A stretch of 64,000 nt of DNA from an uncultured Acidobacteriota bacterium (GTDB lineage Bacteria; Acidobacteriota; UBA6911): contig CAWJKZ010000025.1 of NCBI GenBank assembly GCA_963843575.1, positions 96,001 to 160,000 of the forward strand, written 5' to 3'. Below are positions 21,965 to 31,267 of this stretch, piece by piece (positions within the stretch are counted from its first letter, which is position 1; every line of letters begins with the position of its first letter). The notes beneath the pieces were generated by a model that was not told the origin of the DNA, did not search any database, and worked only from the letters and a program-made list of their open reading frames with translations. A program made the position numbers and the translations under genes.

Positions 21965-22047
21965 CCGGAAGCCGGAAGTGGGAAGCCGGAAGCAGGAGGT
22001 CCTCAATCCGGCAGTCCGGCTTCCCACTTCCGGCTTCCGCCTTTCGG
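21965..22047. repeat. Heptamer tandem repeats in inverted arrangement (hairpin)
   Basis: CCGGAAG/TGGGAAG units. A 25-bp arm CGGAAGCCGGAAGTGGGAAGCCGGA has a perfect reverse complement just beyond the stop of the 22048 gene. Confidence 0.8.
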
Positions 22048-23037
22048 CTACACTACTTTCTTGAACGATCCCCTGGATTGCTCCAGCTTCTCGAGCAGTT
22101 CGACCGGGAAGTTGATGGAGAGCCGGATCTGCTTCTTGTCCTGGGTCACGCTGATCCCCCGGAGCAGTTCGGAGAATTCCGGGTTGTCTGCACCCGCCAG
22201 CTGTCCAAGGGCCACGAGGCCGTTAGTCACGTCGGCCAGCTTCTTCGCGGACTCCTCGTCGGCGATGTTGGCCACGATCCTGCCGGTGACCTCGGTGGTG
22301 AGGTTCAGCGTTCCGACCACGTTCTGTATTTTGGAGATGCTTCCGCCCAGCGGGTTGGTGGTCGGCGCCTTGGATAGCACGCTCCCGGGGTCGCCGGCAA
22401 ACCAGAACATCTCCTGGGGATTGAGTTCCTTCAGCAGCGGCCAGAGCGTCGCGTTGCTCTCCAGCCCAAGTTCGGGCTTCTCACGCACGTCGAGCACCGC
22501 CTTGAGCGACTCCAGGTCTCCCAGGGCGATCTCCCCGTCACGAAGGAAGGCAATCCCCTTTTCCACTTTGTTGCCGTTCTCCTCGGGAATCATGAGCACG
22601 GTCGCGTCCTTGTAGTCGACCTTGATCGGCGTCCCCTTGCTGTGGATGAAGGTGGTGATCGATGCCGCGTTGAACTGGCCCACCGCGATGATCACCCCTT
22701 TGCCGCTCCCCTGGGACAGGGACTTGCCCCCGGCAACGATGTAGGAGATGTCGCGCCGCGGGTCGACGCCGGTCTTGGCGATGAACTCGCCCAGGTCCTT
22801 CCCCACGTCCTGACCGTGCTTCTCCTCGAACTTGGCGTAAATCGGAGACGCAATGAACTTCTGCACGTTCATGCCGAAGACCGCCTGGCAATCCGCCGGC
22901 AGGTAGGCCACCGCCTCCGGGAGCCCGGGGATGGAGGCCTTCACGGCGAAGCTCGTGTACAGTGCCAGGCCCGCAACGGTCCCGGCGATCAGAAACATCA
23001 CGACGGTCGAGGTTATGACGAATTTTCGATGATTCAT
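22048..23037 (-). CDS. Membrane-anchored/exported hypothetical protein (DUF3352-like)
   Basis: N-terminal TM segment, 'YLPAD...FGMNV', 'TGVDPRRDI', SD AGGAG, gene-like codon usage. Confidence 0.7.
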   Translation of the reverse strand: MNHRKFVITSTVVMFLIAGTVAGLALYTSFAVKASIPGLPEAVAYLPADCQAVFGMNVQKFIASPIYAKFEEKHGQDVGKDLGEFIAKTGVDPRRDISYIVAGGKSLSQGSGKGVIIAVGQFNAASITTFIHSKGTPIKVDYKDATVLMIPEENGNKVEKGIAFLRDGEIALGDLESLKAVLDVREKPELGLESNATLWPLLKELNPQEMFWFAGDPGSVLSKAPTTNPLGGSISKIQNVVGTLNLTTEVTGRIVANIADEESAKKLADVTNGLVALGQLAGADNPEFSELLRGISVTQDKKQIRLSINFPVELLEKLEQSRGSFKKVV

Positions 23038-23215
23038 GGCCTTGCTCCTGACGGCGGTTGCCTTGTCTTGTTTCCAGCAGCCCTTCGACTCTCCAACCTC
23101 TGCTTCTCTTCTGGCTCAGATAACGCAAACCGGCCGCCGAAAGGTTCACGCGATTTCCGTTCCGATGAATGCGGGCGGTCACCACATTGTATATGCGACC
23201 CGGGAGGAAACGAAA

Positions 23216-23363
23216 ATGGCCGGATGCCTTTTGCTGCCGTTTAAGCTCGTCCTGGTCGTGGTCAAGCTTGCCCTGCTGCTTGGCGTTGTTCGTCATGTCG
23301 CTGATAATGCTGCCTTTCCTGGTCCTGTTCGGGATCGTGGTGCTGCTGAAAGCGCTGTTCTGA
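23216..23363 (+). CDS. Small hydrophobic membrane protein (apparent frameshift at ~23280)
   Basis: SD GGGAGG. 'MAGCLLLPFKLVLVVVKLALL' continues in another frame as 'LALFVMSLIMLPFLVLFGIVVLLKALF'. Confidence 0.55.
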
Positions 23364-23506
23364 CGGCGACCGCGCCGTCCGCAGGGATTTGTTAATTATA
23401 ACAGAGCTTGGTTCGGGCACACGTCGGACATTAAGATGGGCGCGCGTAGAGGCCCGGCGGGTGCCCCACGAACCCCGGACCCACCCTAAGTACACAGTCT
23501 CATATG

Positions 23507-23680
23507 TACGCTGACGTATTTTTTTTGGACGCAGAACAACACGGGCAATGAAAGACAAAGCCAAAACAGAACGCAGATTCCGCGGATCCAATCCAACGGA
23601 TTCACGCGGATCGGCGTGTCGCCAGGTCGATCCGTGGGAATCCGCGCGCATCCGCGTCCTGAAAAAATACGTTGTGCGTA
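23507..23680. repeat. Long imperfect inverted repeat built from CGCGGAT/ATCCGCG units
   Basis: TACGC..ACGTATTTTTTTTGGACGC ... GCGTCCTGAAAAAATACGT..GCGTA enclosing repeated CGC(A/G)GATT / AATCCGCG words. Confidence 0.6.
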
Positions 23681-23743
23681 TTTGTGAACATCAGTACTCG
23701 GGACTTCGCGCCGTTGCGTATCGGATTTTACGGGAGGAACCGG

Positions 23744-24754
23744 ATGTCCCAGGAATGGATGCCGCGGATACTCGAGGCGAGGCAGCGCATCGCCGCCCAC
23801 CTGAGCCCGACACCCCTGCATTACTACCCCCTGCTTTCGGATCTGGTCGGCGCGGAGGTATACGTCAAACACGAGAACCATCAGCCGATCGGCGCCTTCA
23901 AGGTGAGGGGAGGCGTCAACCTGATGGCGTGCCTGTCGCCGGAGGAGAGAGCGCGCGGCGTCATCACCGCCTCGACGGGAAACCACGGCCAATCGGTGGC
24001 CTACGCGGCGCGGCTGTTCGGGGTCAGGGCGGTCATCGGGGTCCCGGAGAACAGCAACCCCAGCAAGGTCGCCGCGATGAAGTCGTGGGGGGCGGAAATC
24101 CTGGTGTACGGGAGGGATTTTGACGAAACCCGGGAGAAGGTCGAATCCGTTGCGGCGGAGCGTGGCCTGCGTTACATCCACTCGGCCAACGAGCCCCTGC
24201 TGATCGCAGGGGTGGCGACCATGGCGCTCGAGGCTCTCGAACAGCTGCCCCAGGCGGATGCGATCATCAGTGCCGTGGGCGGGGGCAGCGGTTGCGCCGG
24301 CACGACGCTGGTGACCAGCGCCCTGAAGCCGTCGACCACGGTCATCGCCGTGCAGGCCGCGGGCGCCTCGTCGGCCTATGAATCGTGGCGCCGGAAGGAA
24401 CTCGTCACCACGGGCAGGGCGGACACGTTCGCGGAGGGCATCCAGACCCGGGTCGCCTTCAGCATGACCCAGGAGATACTCTGGGAGTGCCTCGAGCGCT
24501 TTGTCCTTGTGGAGGACCAGGAAATTCGCGAGGCGATGGTTTACTACCTCGAACTGGCCCGCACGCTGGCCGAAGGAGCCGGTGCGGCGCCGCTGGCCGC
24601 GGCCCTGAAATGCCGCGAGGAGTTGCGCGGCAAGAAGGTGGTGCTCTACCTGAGCGGCGGCAACGTGTCGCGCGCCAACCTGGCACGCATCCTGACGCAA
24701 TCCGACCGGGAGGGTCTCGTCCTGCCGGTCGGGAATTCGCCCCGGCAGGGTTAA
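23744..24754 (+). CDS. PLP-dependent threonine/serine dehydratase family protein
   Basis: 'KHENHQPIGAFKVRG', 'STGNHGQ', 'VGGGSG', 'LSGGNV'. No regulatory domain. Confidence 0.9.
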   Translation: MSQEWMPRILEARQRIAAHLSPTPLHYYPLLSDLVGAEVYVKHENHQPIGAFKVRGGVNLMACLSPEERARGVITASTGNHGQSVAYAARLFGVRAVIGVPENSNPSKVAAMKSWGAEILVYGRDFDETREKVESVAAERGLRYIHSANEPLLIAGVATMALEALEQLPQADAIISAVGGGSGCAGTTLVTSALKPSTTVIAVQAAGASSAYESWRRKELVTTGRADTFAEGIQTRVAFSMTQEILWECLERFVLVEDQEIREAMVYYLELARTLAEGAGAAPLAAALKCREELRGKKVVLYLSGGNVSRANLARILTQSDREGLVLPVGNSPRQG

Positions 24755-24757
24755 ACT

Positions 24758-24776
24758 TGCTACACTTAAGCCGATG
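24758..24776 (+). promoter_or_regulatory. Extended -10 promoter of a leaderless transcript
   Basis: TG-C-TACACT (24758-24766), 7 nt, then ATG 24774. No SD. Confidence 0.55.
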
Positions 24777-25775
24777 CGCAAGAGGCTGGCTCTGATCGCC
24801 GTGTTGGTCCCGTCGCTCGTGGTTTTGCGTGCGCAATCGCAGGCGCCGCAGGAGGTGCCCAACTTTTCGGTCGCCGTCAATCTCATCAAGGTGCCGGTCA
24901 CCGTGTTCGACCGGCAAGGGGGGATCGTTTCGGACCTGCGGCGTGATGACTTCCGGCTGTACGAAGACGGGGTGCTCCAGGACATCCGGAGTTTCGGAGT
25001 GGATCGGAACTCCGTCTCCGTCGTCCTCCTCATCGACACCAGCGCGACGGTCGAGAAGGAGCTGAAGAACATCAAGGCCGCCGCCAGCGGCTTCACCTCG
25101 GCGCTTACGGACGACGACCGTGTCGCGATCATCACCTTCGGCGACGAGGCCAAGCTCATACAGGACTGGACCGACGACGAGAAGCTGGTGCGCAAGACGC
25201 TGCGCAAGCTCGAACCGGGCCTCCGCACCGCGCTCTACGACGGCATGTACATGGCGGCACACGATCAGCTGCGGGGGGTCGAGGGGCGCAAGGCGATCAT
25301 CCTCCTGACGGACTGCCTCAACAACCAGAGCACGATCACGTTCCCCGACGCTGCGCTCACCGTCATCCAGTCGCAGGCATCGCTCTACGTGGTTTCCAAG
25401 ACCATCATGGTACGGCGTGACGCCTACAGGCAGCGACGGGTGGTCATGCTGTCGGACATCTACAGGCGGCTGTTTGGGAACGAAGACTACATACAGGAGT
25501 TTTTTAAGAAACGGGAGGAGGAAATGACCTCCCTCGCCGAGAGGACGGGCGGACGCATCTTCTTCCCCTCGAACTACGACCAGATCCCGGCGAATTACGC
25601 CGACGTCGCGCGCGAACTCAAGAACCAGCACTTCCTCACCTATGTCTCGAGCCTGAGGAAACCCGCCAACACTTATCACGAGATCACGTTGGAATACCTT
25701 GGAGAGGCCAGCAGGGTGAACTACCGGCGCGGTTACTACTTTGAACCCCATGTCGTTCACAAGCGCCGCTATTAA
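24774..25775 (+). CDS. VWA domain protein (Acidobacterial VWFA-related)
   Basis: Signal peptide, 'VPVTVFDRQG', 'LLIDTSAT' MIDAS-like motif, 'RKAIILLTD', 'LAERTGG'. Confidence 0.88.
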   Translation: MRKRLALIAVLVPSLVVLRAQSQAPQEVPNFSVAVNLIKVPVTVFDRQGGIVSDLRRDDFRLYEDGVLQDIRSFGVDRNSVSVVLLIDTSATVEKELKNIKAAASGFTSALTDDDRVAIITFGDEAKLIQDWTDDEKLVRKTLRKLEPGLRTALYDGMYMAAHDQLRGVEGRKAIILLTDCLNNQSTITFPDAALTVIQSQASLYVVSKTIMVRRDAYRQRRVVMLSDIYRRLFGNEDYIQEFFKKREEEMTSLAERTGGRIFFPSNYDQIPANYADVARELKNQHFLTYVSSLRKPANTYHEITLEYLGEASRVNYRRGYYFEPHVVHKRRY

Positions 25776-25891
25776 CGCGCGTCTTGCACAACCGCACGTT
25801 CTGTGGAACTATTTTGAGGATTTCCGCTCAGGTGTATCTGCCTAGGATCCTGGGTAGTTTCAAGACAAACGTAACGTAGCTGGAGGTAACC

Positions 25892-26539
25892 ATGGCTAGA
25901 TCCCGCCATTCCGAGACCAAGCCCGAGAAGGGCTTATCCCGCCGCGCCTTCCTCTCGAGGAGCGCCGGGCTGGCGGTCGCCACCCCCGTGGTCACAGGGA
26001 TGGGGTTGGCCGCACCTGCCGGCCCTGCGGCGGACGTCAAGATCCTCGGTCCAGGAAAGGTCCCCGTAGCGCTTCGCATCAACGGCAAACCGCACACCCT
26101 CAGCATCGAACCGAGGGTGACGCTGCTCGAAGCGCTCCACGACCAACTCGACTATACCGGCGCCAAGAAAGTGTGCGACCGGGGGACGTGCGGGGCCTGC
26201 ACAGTTCTGCTGGGCGGCAAACCCGTATACGCCTGCAGCGTGCTCGCACTCGAGGCCCAGGGGAAGGAAGTTGTCACGGTCGAGGGCCTGGCGACCGAGG
26301 GCAAGCCGCACCCGGTCCAGGCCGCATTCGTCGAACACGACGCCCAGCAGTGCGGATTCTGCACCCCGGGCTTTGTCGTGGCCGCCAAGGCGTTTCTCGA
26401 CAGGAACCCGAACCCGACAACGGAGCAGATAAATAAAGGGCTGGGCGGCAATCTCTGCCGTTGCGGAACCTATTCGGGGATCCGTCAGGCTGTTCTCGCA
26501 GCCTCCAAGGCGGCCAAAGGAGGGACGACCAATGCCTGA
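25892..26539 (+). CDS. Xanthine dehydrogenase/aldehyde oxidoreductase family 2Fe-2S subunit with Tat signal
   Basis: 'SRRAFL' twin-arginine motif, 'CDRGTCGACT', 'QCGFCTPG', 'NLCRCG'. Confidence 0.92.
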   Translation: MARSRHSETKPEKGLSRRAFLSRSAGLAVATPVVTGMGLAAPAGPAADVKILGPGKVPVALRINGKPHTLSIEPRVTLLEALHDQLDYTGAKKVCDRGTCGACTVLLGGKPVYACSVLALEAQGKEVVTVEGLATEGKPHPVQAAFVEHDAQQCGFCTPGFVVAAKAFLDRNPNPTTEQINKGLGGNLCRCGTYSGIRQAVLAASKAAKGGTTNA

Positions 26540-28665
26540 TTACAGGTGGCCAGAAGCTTCGAAGCGGGCCCTCATGGGCAAGCGGATTTCCCGGCTTGAC
26601 GGCCCGGACAAGGTTTCGGGAAAAGCCAAGTACACGTACGACGTCAAGAGGCCCGGCATGCTGTACGGCGTCATCGTGCGTTCTCCGCACGCGCACGCAA
26701 AGATCGTGTCCATCGACACGAGCGCCGCGGAAAAACTGCCCGGCGTGAAAGCAGTGTACGTGATCAATGGCCCCGGCACCGAGGTGCAATGGGCGGGATT
26801 CGAGGTCGTGGCCCTCGCCGCCGAAAGCGAGCAGCTTGCCGAAGACGCCGCCCGCGCCGTGCGGGTTCAGTACGAGGTGTTGCCGCACGTCGTGCAGGAA
26901 GAGAACCTCGCCGCGGCGGGGGACCGGGTCAAGCAACCCGAGGAAAAATCACTGGGTGATCCCGACAAGGGATTCCAGGACGCGGAGGTTGTCGTCGAGG
27001 GTACCTACGGGATGCCGGTCATCACGCATTGCACCCTGGAGCCGCACGGGTCGGTCAACGAGTGGGAAGGGGATAAGCTGAACGTCTTCATCTCCACCCA
27101 GGCGCTCTCGAGCATCGCCTCGGAGATGGCCGAGCCGCTCAACGTGCCTGCCGCCAACATCCATGTCCACCAGGACCACATCGGCGGCGGTTTCGGCAGC
27201 AAGTTCGGCCCCGACGTGTGGGACATCGCCGGTGCGCGGCTCGCAAAGAGCGCCGGCAGGCCCGTCAAATTGATGAATGACCGGGAATCGGAGCTGATGG
27301 TTGCCGGGTCGCGGCCCTCGACGTTTGCCAGCGTCAAGGTGGGGGCAAAGAAAGACGGCACCCTGACGGCCTGGGAATCGAAGTCCTGGGGGACGGGCGG
27401 CATGACCGGCGGGGGGGCTCCCCCGATCCCGTACGTGTGGCGCATCCCGCACAAGATGAGCCACACAAGCGTGGAAACCAACATCGGCTCGTCGCGCGCC
27501 TGGCGCGCCCCGAACCACCCCCAGGCGTGCTTCGTGACGATGTGCGCCCTGGAGGACCTCGCGGCCCAGCTGCAGATGGACCCGATGGATCTGCTGCTGA
27601 AGAACATCGAACTGGCCGCACCGCGGGCGGCGCTATACAAAGAGGAGCTCATCAAGGCTGCCGAGCTCAGCGAGTGGAAAAAGCGCTGGCACCCGCGAGG
27701 GGACAAGACTGCGGGAACGGTCAAACGGGGCATGGGGCTTTCACTGCACACCTGGGGCGGCCTCGGCCACGAGAGCGAGTGTCGCCTGACCATAAACCCT
27801 GACGGGTCTGTCGCCGCCGAGCTCGGCTCCCAGGATCTCGGGACCGGGACCCGCACCGTGATCGGCATCGTCGCCGCGGAGACGCTCGGCCTCCCGTTGT
27901 CGGCCGTGCAGGTCAGGATCGGCGACACACGCTATCCGCCCTCCGGATCATCGGGCGGGAGCACCACGGTCGGCGGGGTCAGCGCCTCCACCCGCCGGGC
28001 GGCCGTCGACGCGCGGGACGCCGTCTTCAAACAGGTGTCCGCCAGCCTGAACGCCGACCCGGCCAACCTGGAAGCCGTCGGCGGAAAAATCCAGGTCAAA
28101 GGCGACCCGAGCAAGAGCATCAGCTGGAAACAGGCCTGCGCCAAGATCGGGGTCAACCCGATCTCGGTGATCGGCAAACGTCTGGAAGGCAAAGACGAGC
28201 TGATCAGCCAGGGCGTCGGCGGCGTGCAGGTCGCCGAAGTCAGCGTCGACACGGAAACGGGCATCGTCAAGGTGGAGAAGATGGTGGCCGTCCAGGACGT
28301 CGGCCTGATCGTCAGCATGAAGACCGCCGAGAGCCAGGTGCGCGGCGCCCTCATCATGGGGATCAGTTACTCGCTCTTCGAAGAAAAGATCATGGATCGC
28401 ACGACCGGCAGAATGCTCAATCCAAACATGGAGTTTTATCGGCTTGCCGGGCTTGGGAGACATCGGCAACCTCGTGGTCCACATGATGACCGGCAAGGCT
28501 CAGGACGACCGCGGCGTCATCGGGCTCGGGGAACCGCCCGTGGTGTCCCCGGGAGCCGCCATTTCCAACGCGGTCGCAAATGCGATCGGGATTCGCGTCG
28601 GCAACCTGCCGCTCACCCCTGATCGCGTCCTGGCGGCTCTGGAAAAGAAAGGAGGGCTCGGCTAA
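26532..28665 (+). CDS. Xanthine dehydrogenase family molybdopterin-binding subunit (+1 frameshift at ~28457)
   Basis: 'GGGFGSK', 'AWRAP', 'QDLGTG', 'SGGS'. C-terminal 'GLGEPP' lies in the shifted frame. Confidence 0.9.
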
Positions 28666-29652
28666 TGCGCTCATTTGAATATGCAAGCCCCACGACCAAG
28701 GAACAGGCGGTCGACCTGCTCGGGTCCCAGTGGGGAGAACGGGAAGTGCTTGCCGGGGGAACGGATCTGCTGGCCCTCATGAAGGACTCCGTCGTCACGC
28801 CGAAGCGGCTCGTGAACATCAAGGAGATCGGCGAACTGCGGGGATTGAGATACTCGGGCACCGAGGGGTTGCGACTCGGGGCGCTCGTGACGCTCCAGGA
28901 ACTCGTCGACAACGGCACGGTCAAAAAACAGTACCCGGCCCTCCTGCACGCGGCCGAAGGCGTCGCCAGCGCCCAGGTGCGCAACATGGGCACCGTCGGC
29001 GGCGATCTCTGCCAGCGGCCCCGCTGCTGGTATTTCCGGGGCGGCGCGGGCCTCCTGGCTCAGGACCCCTCCGGCAAGTCGCTGGTGGTCGCCGGGGAGA
29101 ATCGCTATCACGCCATCCTCGGCAATTCCGGTCCGGCATATTTCGTCAACCCGTCGAGCCTGGCCCCGGCGCTGATCGCACTGGGTGCAAGGGTCCGGCT
29201 CTTCGGTCCCAAGGGTTCACGCGACGTCGCCGTCGAGAAATTCTTCCTGACGCCGCAATCCGAATCCGACCGCGAATACGTTCTGGCACCGAACGAGATC
29301 GTCACCGAAGTGCTGGTCCCGCCCGCGGCCGGAGGGAACGCCGCCTACGAGGTCCGACAGGGCGAGTCCCTCGATTGGCCGCTCGCCGCCGCGGCGGTCA
29401 GCCTCAAGTTCTCCGGAAAGACCGTCAGCGCGGCCCGCATCGTCCTCGGGCACGTCGCGCCGGTGCCCTGGCCCGCGCCGGCGGCCGAGACAGGTGCTGG
29501 CCGGCAAGTCCGTGACGGCCAAGCTCGCCGATGAAGCGGGCATCGCGGCGGTCAAGGAGGCAAGGCCGCTGAGCCAGAACGGGTACAAAATCCAGTTGGC
29601 CCGCGTCGCCGTCAAACGCGCGATATTGCGTGCCGCCGAAGGGAGGGCGTGA
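28665..29652 (+). CDS. Xanthine dehydrogenase family FAD-binding subunit (+1 frameshift at ~29490)
   Basis: 'AGGTDL', 'QVRNMGTVGGDLCQRPRCWYFR'. Tail 'RPLSQNGYKIQLA' in the shifted frame ends at TGA 29652. Confidence 0.9.
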
Positions 29653-29653
29653 C

Positions 29654-29872
29654 ATGATGGACAAGCCGTACAGTAACCTGCCACACGAGCCGTGCCGGCG
29701 CCTGCGCTGGAAGGCGATGTTCATCCAGTCGGAAAACGACCCGACGGTGCCTGCGTGCAACGACCAGATCTACTGGTGTGCCCTGACCCAGATCTGCCTG
29801 GGCCCGGACGGCCGCGTGGCTGCACCGTCCGGCTGCGGCCCCGGACGCACTTGCTACGATGAACTGACCTAG
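29654..29872 (+). CDS. Small cysteine-rich hypothetical protein
   Basis: Starts 2 nt after the FAD-subunit stop, SD GGGAGG, 72 aa with 6 Cys. Confidence 0.7.
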   Translation: MMDKPYSNLPHEPCRRLRWKAMFIQSENDPTVPACNDQIYWCALTQICLGPDGRVAAPSGCGPGRTCYDELT

Positions 29873-29938
29873 ATCACGGAAGCGGGGCGCCAGACCACAC
29901 CGGCGCCCCGCCTCCGCCCTCATCCGACGGGAGCGGAA

Positions 29939-30604
29939 ATGTCCTGCAGAATTCGAGTTTTCCTGGTTGCCCTGGCAGTCCTGCCAATCGCCCTCGCCAG
30001 GGCGACACCCCAGAGTTACAAGGCGGAATCCATCGGCGAGTGTGCCGTCGCGGGTCTGGACCCGGCCGTCAAGGCCGCCCTGCAGCCCGAAGGAGTGAGG
30101 ATCGCCGGACCGGACGGCGCGTTCTGCGAATTGTGGCTGGGCAAATCGTTGCCGCAGCGGTCCGCCGGAGGCGAATACACGACCCTCGCCAATGGCACCT
30201 TCGCGGGGGTCATCACCTACTCCCAGGATGGCGGTGATTATCGGGGACAGGTGATCAAACCCGGCAGCTACGTCATGCGCTACCAGGCGCTGCCCCAGGA
30301 TGGGAACCACATGGGAGTAGCTCCGACCCGGCACTTCTTCCTCCTCTCTCCGGTCTCCGAGGATAAGGATCCGGCGGGCTTGCCCGACTACAAGACCCTG
30401 ATCGCCCTGAGCCGTAAGGCCTCGGGCACGAATCACCCCGTCACCCTTTATCTCACCAAGCCCTCTGCTGAGCAAAAACCGGCCTTCCGCTCCCTCGACG
30501 AGGGGCATTGGGCGGTGGAAGCCAGGACGAAGGCAGCACCGGCCGGCGGCCCGGAGACGGACTTTGCCGTGGCGATCGTCCTGATCGGAAAGTCCGAGGC
30601 CTGA
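29939..30604 (+). CDS. Secreted hypothetical protein
   Basis: Signal peptide and conserved-looking core 'DYRGQVIKPGSYVMRY..LPQDGNHMGVAP'. Confidence 0.75.
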   Translation: MSCRIRVFLVALAVLPIALARATPQSYKAESIGECAVAGLDPAVKAALQPEGVRIAGPDGAFCELWLGKSLPQRSAGGEYTTLANGTFAGVITYSQDGGDYRGQVIKPGSYVMRYQALPQDGNHMGVAPTRHFFLLSPVSEDKDPAGLPDYKTLIALSRKASGTNHPVTLYLTKPSAEQKPAFRSLDEGHWAVEARTKAAPAGGPETDFAVAIVLIGKSEA

Positions 30605-30750
30605 CGCGTACCGTAAGCCCACCCGGTCAGATCCTTGCCGTTGAAGAGCTCGGTGAAGCCCGGTTCGGCACCGGATACCTCGGACACCTCACCGACGCAG
30701 ACGAGCGCCAGCACAAGCCCAGCTGTGCAGCACGCGAGTGATCTCGACAG
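30605..30750 (-). pseudogene. 5' remnant of a DUF1080 (3-keto-disaccharide hydrolase) gene
   Basis: Signal-like stretch followed by the hallmark 'EPGFTELFNGKDLTGW' (core at 30619-30660). Similarity ends at the convergent gene's stop. Confidence 0.6.
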
Positions 30751-30762
30751 ATTGCCCCCCGG

Positions 30763-30805
30763 AAAATAAAAAGGCCCCTCCCGCGGCCCAGCCGCGAGAG
30801 GGGCC
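30763..30805 (-). terminator. Rho-independent terminator of the cold-shock gene
   Basis: GC-rich stem 30773-30805 followed on the minus strand by TTTTTATTTT. Confidence 0.8.
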
Positions 30806-30822
30806 ATCACAAATATGGCTCG

Positions 30823-31032
30823 TTATTCAGCCTTCGTTACGTTCTCCGCCTGCAAACCCTTGGGGCCGCGGGTGACTGTGAAGGCCACCGATTCTCCTTC
30901 CGCCAAAGTCCGGAACCCACTCATCTGAATGGCGGTGTGGTGGACGAAAACATCCCCGCCCTCGCCTCTCTCGATAAAACCATAACCCTTGGCGTTGTTG
31001 AACCACTTTACTTTCCCAATTTCCTTTTCCAT
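30823..31032 (-). CDS. Cold-shock protein (CspA family)
   Basis: '[15 protein letters not shown]', 'DVFVHH', '[10 protein letters not shown]'. SD AAGGAG. Confidence 0.95.
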   Translation of the reverse strand: MEKEIGKVKWFNNAKGYGFIERGEGGDVFVHHTAIQMSGFRTLAEGESVAFTVTRGPKGLQAENVTKAE

Positions 31033-31170
31033 GGGAACTTCACTCCTTGCGAATGTTTCCACATCTGATCCAGGGTTCGTCCGTGATCCTCAAATGAAAA
31101 GGCCGCCCTAATTCTGGCGGCCGTCACCCGATGATCCGGCGGTACAGAAATTAACTTGTGGAGCGGCCCC

Positions 31171-31200
31171 ATGCTACTCGCAATTATCCGCGAATGTCAA
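31171..31200 (-). promoter_or_regulatory. Sigma-70 promoter of the csp gene, giving a long (~130 nt) 5' UTR
   Basis: TTGACA (31200-31195), 18 nt spacer, TAGCAT (31176-31171). Confidence 0.55.
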
Positions 31201-31267
31201 TGAAAATATGAGGTTTCCGAGGTTCCGGAAGCTCATTTCCTACCGGGGGTGAGGCCGGCTTCCGGAC

